Shown here: positions 55,892 to 64,000 of the stretch, piece after piece
How positions within the stretch are numbered: position 1 is the first letter of the stretch
Layout of the letters: the number at the start of each line of letters is the position of its first letter
NCBI GenBank assembly: GCA_038888155.1
Contig: JAWAJB010000003.1
Coordinates: forward strand, 64,001 to 128,000
Length of the DNA stretch: 64,000 nt
Direction of reading: 5' to 3'
Source: Desulfurococcaceae archaeon
GTDB taxonomy: Archaea; Thermoproteota; Thermoprotei_A; Sulfolobales; Desulfurococcaceae
Made by a program: the position numbers and the translations under genes
Notes under the pieces: generated by a model
What the model saw: only the letters and a program-made list of their open reading frames with translations
What the model was told of the DNA's origin: nothing
Database searches by the model: none

Positions 55892-56584
55892 CTACTTCTT
55901 TGATGGTATAAACTTCCCCAGTATTTGGGCAAACATTGGTAGATTTCTGCTCTGTATCCACACTCTGCCGGGACCCTTTGTCTCAACTACTAGCCCCTCC
56001 CCACCTAGGAACAGCGTTTTAAGTCCTCCCAACTTCTTTATGCTCCAACTAACTCTCCCCTCGAGCGCAACGAAATGGCCGTTGTCAATTACGAATGCCT
56101 CTCCAGAGGGTATATTGATCTCCTCTATTGCACCGTAGCTGTTTAGGAAAACTATTCCCTCACCCGCAGCTTTAAGCCATATAAGTTCGCCCTCAGCTAT
56201 TAACCCCTTTAACCCCCTCCAGCCAACTGTAAGCGTTATGTTCCCTATGTGGCCTAGGTAGCTAGTGTCCTGTATAAGTATTTCATCCTTATTCAGCTCT
56301 ACTGCTGCTATGTCTCCAGGGATACTTGGGGCAGCCCATATCTCTGCATTGGATTGAGCCATAAACGTGTTTAAAAAGAAGCTCTCTCCTCCAGCAAGGA
56401 CTCTCGCTAAGCCGGACTTCACGCCGAGGGAGCTCGTGTTGATCTTAACCTCTCCTCGGTGCATCATATATGATCCGGGCTCAATAGTTACAGATTCGCC
56501 AGGGCTTAACTGGAGCTTCAGAATGGAGTAAGCCGGACCTTTATCAACTCTGTACTGAACCACTATTCCCATCCAAGTGAGCAA
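55892..56584 (-). CDS. TIGR00266/AIM24 family protein
   Basis: GGESFF.N, SYGAI, IDNGHFVA, GGEGLV..GPGRVWIQSR. Confidence 0.92.
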   Translation of the reverse strand: MLTWMGIVVQYRVDKGPAYSILKLQLSPGESVTIEPGSYMMHRGEVKINTSSLGVKSGLARVLAGGESFFLNTFMAQSNAEIWAAPSIPGDIAAVELNKDEILIQDTSYLGHIGNITLTVGWRGLKGLIAEGELIWLKAAGEGIVFLNSYGAIEEINIPSGEAFVIDNGHFVALEGRVSWSIKKLGGLKTLFLGGEGLVVETKGPGRVWIQSRNLPMFAQILGKFIPSKK

Positions 56585-56881
56585 TCGACATGGGGGTTAA
56601 TATAAGAGGAATTTGCCCACAACTCATACAAAGTCGCTATGATTATCGCTCTCTTTAACAAGCCAGCAACGTTTGCCTTTACTTAGAATTTTTTAATGGC
56701 GTAAAATTTAATTGACCTGCTTGGTTGTCAAACTTATTTAAAGACCGTGTCCTCTAAAACAAGTAACAGCGCAGTAGCCTTTAGGCGCAAGTCCCTAATT
56801 GTCCTCTCCTTGGGTCAACATTAACGCGCTTTTTGGCCGGCTGAAGTTATTATATTCTAAAAAGCTCTTGTAATTTGAGGT

Positions 56882-57847
56882 GTGGTGGCGCTTTTGCGTG
56901 AATTGAGTTACAGCGAGTACCTCCAGTTCGCCTCAAAGCACAATAAAGTAGTTATAGAAGATCGGGAGATCAAGCTCGAGCCTATAGATGTTAAAAGGCT
57001 TAAGCCCTCTACCAAGGAGTTAACAGATACCTCGACAACTGTTTGGAGCTTCCCAAGGCGGGGTTCTTGGGCAACACATAGAGGAGATTATAGGGGTAAT
57101 TGGGCCCCACAGATCCCGAGGGCCCTCATAGAGAAATACTCTAGGCCGGGCGAAGTAGTTTTAGACCCTATGGTTGGTTCGGGGACTACTTGTGTGGAGG
57201 CGAGGCTCCTAGGTAGAAACTGCATTGGAGTTGATGTAAACTACAACTCTGCAATTTTAGCTCTCCACAGGCTTTACTGGCTAGAGGAGTACGCTAGGAG
57301 GTGGAGTGGTCCAGTTAAGCCAGTCGAGGTGGAGAACGTTGAGAAATCATGGAGTAAGATCTACCATGGTGATGCTCGGAGTATCTCTTTACTACAGGAT
57401 AGCTCTGCTGACCTAGTGGCAGTACACCCACCATACTGGAACATCATCAAGTACGGCCAGGATGGGAAGGCTGAGGGAGATCTCTCGAGGGCTAGAACGC
57501 TAGAGGAGTACGTGAAGCTCATGAGCGAGGTCGCGAGCGAGCTGTATAGAGTCTTAAAGCGTGGAGGATACTTAGGCATCTTAATAGGTGATACCAGGAT
57601 CCGCAAACACTACATTCCTGTATCTCACTCCGTGCTTCAGGTGTTCTTGAAAGCAGGTTTCCTGTTAAAAGAAGAAGTGATCAAAGTACAGCACAAAATG
57701 AAAACAACTAGGGAGGTGTGGAGCAAAATGAAGGAAAAAGACTTCTTGCTGATTTATCACGAGAAGCTATACATATTCAGGAAGCCTGCGGATGCTAGCG
57801 ACGCAGTCAAACATAAAAGTAGCGGTAAGTTGTTGCTATTAACATAA
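56882..57847 (+). CDS. amino-DNA methyltransferase (N4-C/N6-A), solitary
   Basis: YRGNWAPQIPR, LDPMVGSGTT (motif I) before HPPY (motif IV), RVLK.GG, HEKLYIFRK. Confidence 0.85.
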   Translation: MVALLRELSYSEYLQFASKHNKVVIEDREIKLEPIDVKRLKPSTKELTDTSTTVWSFPRRGSWATHRGDYRGNWAPQIPRALIEKYSRPGEVVLDPMVGSGTTCVEARLLGRNCIGVDVNYNSAILALHRLYWLEEYARRWSGPVKPVEVENVEKSWSKIYHGDARSISLLQDSSADLVAVHPPYWNIIKYGQDGKAEGDLSRARTLEEYVKLMSEVASELYRVLKRGGYLGILIGDTRIRKHYIPVSHSVLQVFLKAGFLLKEEVIKVQHKMKTTREVWSKMKEKDFLLIYHEKLYIFRKPADASDAVKHKSSGKLLLLT

Positions 57848-57849
57848 GC

Positions 57850-58020
57850 TTCTGCAACCATATCCTTCCACGTAGCTGGAATTATGAGTGCATCTTTTCT
57901 GCTTAATTATGTCCCACTCGCATAACAGATAGATCACTTTGCCCCCACATTGTTCCTCATCGCCTTGAGCCTAGCAAATTTGTCCCTTTCGATCTCATGT
58001 GTAACCTCCATGAAAATAGA
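57850..58020 (-). pseudogene. possible C-terminal remnant of an archaeal AAA+ ATPase
   Basis: Fragments IFMEVTHEIERDK... and LIIPATWK in different frames. Confidence 0.3.
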
Positions 58021-58248
58021 GAGCAGTCCGTGGGATAGCTAGTTCAGTGATAGATTACTTATATTTTTCACGTTGTTTATTGAGAGCCCGCGCGTGTTGT
58101 TATACCTTGATCCCCCATGGTATTTCTAAAAGGAGTGCCTAGGACTCCAATCTCCCGATATTCACAACACCAATTTACATTTACTAACTCCTAACATCTT
58201 TAATGGTTATTTCTTATACGCATATGCGCTTGCTCTATGGGCGCAAAC

Positions 58249-59177
58249 TTAGAGCTTATGGATTTTTACTATCAGTGGTAGGTACTCTCTACCGAGCATA
58301 TCTAGCTCTTTAAAGTACACTACCCTCATTTCGCGAGTATTTAAGCTGGCTTTGTACACGGTCCTTTCCACCAAGCTCAAGACATAGCTATCTATAGCAT
58401 TTTCCCCTCCTTTAACTGCTCTCAGCAAGTAGAGCGTTGCCGGAAGAGTAAAGTAATTCTCTGCTATGCCCGCCTCTCTTGGTGGAATGGCTTTTGCTAG
58501 GATTGCTTTGTCAATCCAGCTAATATTATCTGGCTCTTTTGCCTTGTAGAAACCTGCTAGCTTGGAAGGAAGGTAGAAAGCAAAACCTCGCTTGGATCTA
58601 TTTACAAGCAATCTATCAATGGAAATGGCATGTCCTCTAATAAGGTCCACGCTTATCCTGTAAAGCCTTTTAAGCCCGCCGTATCTCTTCTCTCTTAAAT
58701 GAATATACGCGGGTACTTCGGCGTTTTTACCCACAACTACAGATATGTGGAGGTCAAAGCCTACTCTAGCTACTAATTCTACGTCTTCGCCGTAGTTTAG
58801 ATCTCTCCACCCCCCTTTAGACAGTATTGCTTCCCGTTTAGCTATGATTGGGCCTACGTGTACAACTAGCTTTGTCTCGTAAGCGTATTCTAATGCCCTA
58901 TGAAAAGCCTCATTGTATCTAGATCAAACCAGAGTGCTGTGCTTCCCTCTGCGCACTTATATAGCGCCAACTGCCTGCCTAGACCCCTGGTACACTCATA
59001 TCGGTAAATCCTTAGATTAAGCTCTTTTCGAAGCTCCAGCAGTCTCTCCCATGTGCCGTCGCTCGAGTAGTTATCTACAATTACTATTTCGGCCTCGGGC
59101 CTCCAAACGCTCCGAATAGGCTACTCAACCCATTTTATATTGTTGCACACTGTTCCGTATAGGCATATTTTATCTAT
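58249..59177 (-). pseudogene. GT2 glycosyltransferase pseudogene
   Basis: ICLYGTV.NN..WVE*PIRSV..EIVIVDNYSSDGTWE..RGLGRQLA..FDLDT, frameshift near 58915, then GGWRDLNYGEDVEL continuing into ORF 58249-58734; in-frame TAG at 59121-59123. Confidence 0.88.
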
Positions 59178-59199
59178 GCCGTTCGCCTCTCTGGCGGGC

Positions 59200-60342
59200 C
59201 TAACTTTTAATCAGTCCGTGCTTTCTAAGCAAATCGATAAACCTCTCCCTGAAAACACCGGCGCTGAACTCCCTTGAGCGCTCTACCGCAAGTCGCTTCA
59301 ACCTCCTAGTCTTATCTTCTTTTGCTTCAAGGTCTCTAACTAGCTTAGGTACTTCGCCTAAGTTGCTGTACCCCAGCTCAGCGCTTATTGGGGAAACAAT
59401 ATCAGTCCAGGCGCCACCATCTCTGTAGACTAGCGGAATGCACCCAGCAGACATAGCCTCGACAACCGCTATGCCGAAGTGCTCTGCGAACTGTGGATGC
59501 ACGTAGAAAGTAGCCCTTTGGAGTAGCTCCCTTAGTACGTTGCTCTGAGCGTTTATCAGCATGTGGAAGTTCCTAGCCCCGCATCTCTTTATCTCTTCTT
59601 TTACTTTCTCTGCAACGCGATTGCTAATATCTAGCTCATAGCTCCTCTCACCAGTTGAACCAACTAGGTACCAATCGTAGTCAGGCACCTTTGCTGCTAC
59701 GCTCGGCAGCAGTTCGAGGTTTTTCTCTGGGGTGTACCTAGATATTGTTACTATGATCTTTTCCTTTTGTCTGCCGTCGTAGGCAAAGTACTCGACATCT
59801 ACAGGTGGGTAAAGCACCTCGGCATCAATGCCGTAGGTTTCCTTTGTGAGCTTTGCTGTCCACTTGCTGTTAGTTAAAACAACCTTAGGACGGCCGAGTA
59901 TCTTCTTAGCTCTGTGCTCAACGAGCCAGTTGTACAGCCCCCAGTGGATAGAGCTAGAGGGAGAAGTCGAAAGCATGATGGGGTAGTGGATGTAGGATAT
60001 ATCGACATCTACGGGTACATTTAGCCCCGTGTCTATTAGAATCCTATTGTCTTCTTTAATAGACCATAGCTTTGATGTAGCCTTTTCTAAAAGCAACAGC
60101 CTCCTATACCTTACAAATCTACCAGTATAGCCGAGAATTTTTTCAAGTAGGCTGTCAGCCTCTATAACCTGGTAATCGCCCGGCAATCCAAGCCGCTCTG
60201 CTATTTTTTTCATGACGCTGGCCGAGTTAGTTACATACACTACCTCAATACCTGCGTTTCTCAAAGCGCGTGCAATTTCTAGGCTAACTCTCTCGCCTCC
60301 TCCTGCTATATTAAATAAGTGAAGCACATAAGCCGTTAACAA
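59200..60342 (-). CDS. GT4 family glycosyltransferase (Alg11-like)
   Basis: GGGERV, TNSKWT, LYPPVD, SRYTPEK, EHFGIAVVEAMSAG. Confidence 0.93.
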   Translation of the reverse strand: MLTAYVLHLFNIAGGGERVSLEIARALRNAGIEVVYVTNSASVMKKIAERLGLPGDYQVIEADSLLEKILGYTGRFVRYRRLLLLEKATSKLWSIKEDNRILIDTGLNVPVDVDISYIHYPIMLSTSPSSSIHWGLYNWLVEHRAKKILGRPKVVLTNSKWTAKLTKETYGIDAEVLYPPVDVEYFAYDGRQKEKIIVTISRYTPEKNLELLPSVAAKVPDYDWYLVGSTGERSYELDISNRVAEKVKEEIKRCGARNFHMLINAQSNVLRELLQRATFYVHPQFAEHFGIAVVEAMSAGCIPLVYRDGGAWTDIVSPISAELGYSNLGEVPKLVRDLEAKEDKTRRLKRLAVERSREFSAGVFRERFIDLLRKHGLIKS

Positions 60343-60527
60343 GGCATTCCAACCTCGGCCTCAGATTAACTTAATATACAGCGTTCTCAACAATTTATGA
60401 GTGAACTGACGGCTTTAAAATAAGACTTATTGTTAAAGGTAAAGCTCGCAAAGTAGTTTTTAAAGCGACGCTATCATTATCTGTTGCTGTGTTTAATCAA
60501 GCCATCTCTTAAAAATTCACCAATGCG

Positions 60528-61499
60528 GTGTTGCTCGTGGTCTCACTGCCTGTGCTAATTCGCAGAATGCTCGGCAGGCGTGGGACGTTTTTACTAAGGC
60601 GCATAGCCTCTAACATAGCTTATTACACCGGGCATTACGAGTACGCCAATTTCACTAGCAGACAGAATGGTATCTCAGCATTGATGTGTACTTATAATGA
60701 AGAAGATTGGGTAGAGCCAGCAGTGCTCTCTATTAAGAACCTAGTAGACGAGTACGTTATCGTGGACTCCTCCACCGACCGAACTCCCGAAATAATAAAT
60801 GCCGTTAAGAATGAACACGGACTGAACATTAAGCTACTGAGAGTCCCCCCTGGGGACATCGTCAGGGCAAGGACAGCAGCTCTTGAAAACTCATCATTTA
60901 AGTGGCTACTATTCTTTGACGCGGATATGGTTCTACACGAGCGCGCGGTTAAAGCAGTGAAAGAGCTCACAGAGAGCTTAGATCCCAGGAGGCACTACAT
61001 AGTTTACTGGAAATACCTCTTACTTTGCGGCGACTTAAACCACCTCTGTGGCGAAGAGCCATACCATGTTGAGCGTTGGCTAATTACATACTCTAGCAGG
61101 CTAAGGTACAAGTACCTCGACTACGGCAGAGGCGTTGCAATGGATTACCTATATGCACCGCTAAGGCTCTACAAGCCTATATTACTAGACGAGGTGCTAG
61201 GGGTTCACCTGACGCGAGTAAGGACCCCCGAGAAGCTAGCAATGAAGCACATTAGGCTAGAGCACCGAAAGCTATTAGTGGAGCACACAATGAGAGGGCT
61301 TACAGCAGAAGAAGCAGTCTTGAGAATCGCGCGAGAAACTTACGGCACAGACGACCTTAGAGAGCTCGGAGAGAAACTAATAAGAGATATGACCTTTATG
61401 CTACCGCGCTATGATGAATCTAAGTACGGTCCCCTACCACAAGTACTACTGAACTACGTAAAGAACAACAAGCCACTCAAAATTAACTCTACGGGCTGA
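60528..61499 (+). CDS. GT2 family glycosyltransferase
   Basis: ISALMCTYNEE, IVDSSTD.T, FFDADM. Confidence 0.9.
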   Translation: MLLVVSLPVLIRRMLGRRGTFLLRRIASNIAYYTGHYEYANFTSRQNGISALMCTYNEEDWVEPAVLSIKNLVDEYVIVDSSTDRTPEIINAVKNEHGLNIKLLRVPPGDIVRARTAALENSSFKWLLFFDADMVLHERAVKAVKELTESLDPRRHYIVYWKYLLLCGDLNHLCGEEPYHVERWLITYSSRLRYKYLDYGRGVAMDYLYAPLRLYKPILLDEVLGVHLTRVRTPEKLAMKHIRLEHRKLLVEHTMRGLTAEEAVLRIARETYGTDDLRELGEKLIRDMTFMLPRYDESKYGPLPQVLLNYVKNNKPLKINSTG

Positions 61500-62338
61500 A
61501 GCAATTGCTACTATTAATGAGATCCTCTACCCTCCCATCTATCCCTTGCTTTCAGCCTTAATTGATTTGCAAGCACTTACTCGTCGCAGTATTTACAAGG
61601 CGAAAATCGAAAAACTGTACCATTGTAGCAAGTGCCCAGAACTTCTTCCTCGAGAGTCTAACCTTATTCAACTGTTGCTCGCTACAAGGGCCTCTGTCAT
61701 TCTCCTAATCGCCAAGTTTATTGACATTTTGACCACTAATCGATGGCCCCAGTCCCCCCATGCCCTAGGAGAGCCAACGCCTTTCTACAAATGAATTGAG
61801 GGTTACCAAAGGGCGCATCAGAATGGTGCCGAGTGCTGTAGCTAAAGCCCTAGGGCTACAATGCCCCAAACATGTAATATGATCTCCACAGTTGCAATTG
61901 CCATCAAGCTCTTGCGTGTGCATCCTCAGTGCTCTAGAGCCTTCAGCAACCCCAATGAGCTCAGATCTGCCCGGCGATTACTTTAAAGGAAATACTCGCG
62001 ACAGCCCCATCTAGGTCCCATTTACTGAGCCGAAGCCACTTTTACATATTTGTCGTAGGCATTTAGTATATAAAAACCTAATTTTCTATCTTAGTACTAA
62101 CAACTCTGGTGAATAGGGATGAACACTTGGGACAAACTCACAGAGGCCGCTGCTGAAGGTGTTGAAATTATGGGCATTAGTAGCAGAGTAGCGTTACCAA
62201 CACGTCTTAAAGCCCAAGCGATAGTACGCTGGTTGACATAAGCGTACCTCATAGGGTTATGGTAGAGAACACGGCACCTAAACTCCATTATAGTTTCCTT
62301 GATTGAGCGGCTAGAAATACAGCACGAGATGATCGCCA

Positions 62339-63841
62339 GTGAAGGAGAGAAAGATAGTATATGCGTTGATAATAGCGTTCGCCATTTCATTTGCGACCTC
62401 ATACTATTTAAGGATCCCGGAAGACAAGTTGGGAGTTGAAATAATAAATTATTGGAGAACAACTACGGGGAACGCTGGAGATATTAATGATCTAGCAAGT
62501 TTTATCAAGCAGGCAATTTCGCTAGGCGTGTTTTTAACAGTAATAATTCTCACTGTAATCTCAATGGAGTACCGGTACTATGGTACATTCCTTGGGATAT
62601 CGTTAATCACAATGCTTGGAACAGCGCCGCCCCAGAGCTTAATTAGCGGAGTTGAGTGGAACTTAATAATGTTTCTAATTGGAAGCATGACGCTTGCATT
62701 CATACTTAGGACTCTCGGGGTTTTCGAGTACATAGCTATAAGGATACTCGAGTTTTCAAAGGGCTCTGTGAAGAAGCTACTCTTCACTATTTTACTCTTT
62801 TCCTGGTTTCTAGCGATGATTGTCGATGAAGCCACAAGCATAGTCTACGTAACTCTTTTAATATTCGAGATAAAAAGGCTATCCCGCCACGACGTAATGC
62901 CGTTGGCCATTCTCTCGGTTTTAGCGACGAACATCGGAAGCATGGCTTTGCCAGTTGGAAACCCCATTGGCATTTACATCTCCTTTACAGCCCACCTCTC
63001 CGTTTCAGACTTCTTCCTTAGGGCCCTGCCTCTCTCACTATTACTACTGCTTATAACATTCGCTATTGTCTACTACCTGAACAAGAGCTACCTAAATGAC
63101 CTCGCGCTCAAGCTAGACCCCGAAAGAATCGAGAAGAGAATGGAGGCTTACTACTCAAATATTCGAGGAGAGGAGTTAGTGAAGGTCAAAATAGGACTGG
63201 CCCTCACTGTATTATTCCTCTTCACAATATCTCTAGCCGATTTCCTAGCCGAGGCTCTAACGAGGTTTTCGGGAAACGCTGTGGAAGCTCACTCCCTGCT
63301 ATCGTTCATACCTTACGCTTTCATATTGCTCGCTGGACTCCTATACGGGCCGCAGAGGCTTGAAAAAGCCATTATAAGGGGGGTCGAATGGGCATCCATA
63401 CTATTTTTCATATCCTTGTTCATGCTCGGCTTTTCGCTACTATACACTGGAATAGCCTCAAAGCTTGCGTACGTTACTATCAAGCTGAGCGACGTTGCTG
63501 GAAATAACTACGCGAGATTTCTAGTAGAAGTAATTCTAGTGTTCTCAGCCCTCTTGAGTAGCGCGCTTGACAACTTAAGCGTAATAGTGGCGCTAACTCC
63601 CATAGCTAAGACCGTTGAGGCAGTATTTTCCACGAAAAAAATCTACTGGAGCATGCTCTACGGTGGAGTTCTAGGCGGAAACTTCACCCCCGTTGGCTCC
63701 ACTGCAAACATAGTCGCAATAGGATTGCTAAGCAGAGAAAAGATTAGCGTGTCCTGGAGCAATTGGTTCAAAATTGCAGCAATTCCCACGCTGGTACAGG
63801 TCTTGATGGCTGCCTTCTGGCTTTACATGTTTCCCGCTTAA
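62339..63841 (+). CDS. ArsB/NhaD (SLC13-like) permease
   Basis: ATNIGSMALPVGNP, SSALDNL, GGNFTPVGSTAN; many TM helices. Confidence 0.92.
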   Translation: MKERKIVYALIIAFAISFATSYYLRIPEDKLGVEIINYWRTTTGNAGDINDLASFIKQAISLGVFLTVIILTVISMEYRYYGTFLGISLITMLGTAPPQSLISGVEWNLIMFLIGSMTLAFILRTLGVFEYIAIRILEFSKGSVKKLLFTILLFSWFLAMIVDEATSIVYVTLLIFEIKRLSRHDVMPLAILSVLATNIGSMALPVGNPIGIYISFTAHLSVSDFFLRALPLSLLLLLITFAIVYYLNKSYLNDLALKLDPERIEKRMEAYYSNIRGEELVKVKIGLALTVLFLFTISLADFLAEALTRFSGNAVEAHSLLSFIPYAFILLAGLLYGPQRLEKAIIRGVEWASILFFISLFMLGFSLLYTGIASKLAYVTIKLSDVAGNNYARFLVEVILVFSALLSSALDNLSVIVALTPIAKTVEAVFSTKKIYWSMLYGGVLGGNFTPVGSTANIVAIGLLSREKISVSWSNWFKIAAIPTLVQVLMAAFWLYMFPA

Positions 63842-64000
63842 TGCTTGCTAGACATCATTAAGCGTTTAGTTAGTTGCCGAAAGAGAGCTTAAGTTGATGT
63901 AAGTTTAGTGTAGCAGATGAAAGCGCGAGGACTGAAAATACAAAAAATTTGCGCCTAAGTCCCCCTGTAGTTGAGATTGTAGCCGCAAACGCCCTGCTGA

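Noticed and set aside
61500-62338. ORFs 61546-61794 and 62097-62462
   Set aside because: Atypical composition and frequent stops in neighbouring frames; probably decayed sequence with no assignable family
959-62841. Many antisense or overlapping 60-140-aa ORFs in the track
   Set aside because: Ser/Thr/Pro-rich shadows of well-supported genes on the opposite strand

Overview
Chromosomal core region of a crenarchaeote (Thermoproteota), most likely Desulfurococcales/Desulfurococcaceae. This placement is inferred from Rpo13, Elf1, L38e, a CdvB paralog, a structural tRNA-endonuclease subunit and intron-containing tRNAs. The window is gene-dense and almost all housekeeping: PCNA, RadA, Topo VI A/B, ThrRS/CysRS/ValRS/HisRS, RtcB, FeoAB with a DtxR regulator, lipid enzymes (GGGPS, GGPS, IPK), GdhA and HPS. 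A glycosyltransferase patch with a pseudogene lies near the end. I found five tRNAs (four with BHB-type introns), about seven C/D-box sRNA candidates, and small genes missed by the ORF track (Sec61beta, a Zn-ribbon protein, a ferredoxin). No CRISPR array, IS element, integrase or provirus is visible, and I cannot support a new multi-gene system here. The best leads are a GlmS lacking the glutaminase catalytic residues next to a degenerate GTP cyclohydrolase III-like gene, an unexplained GC-rich structured RNA upstream of tRNA-Cys, a guide-RNA cluster at 29.5 kb, and a ferredoxin with no canonical start codon.
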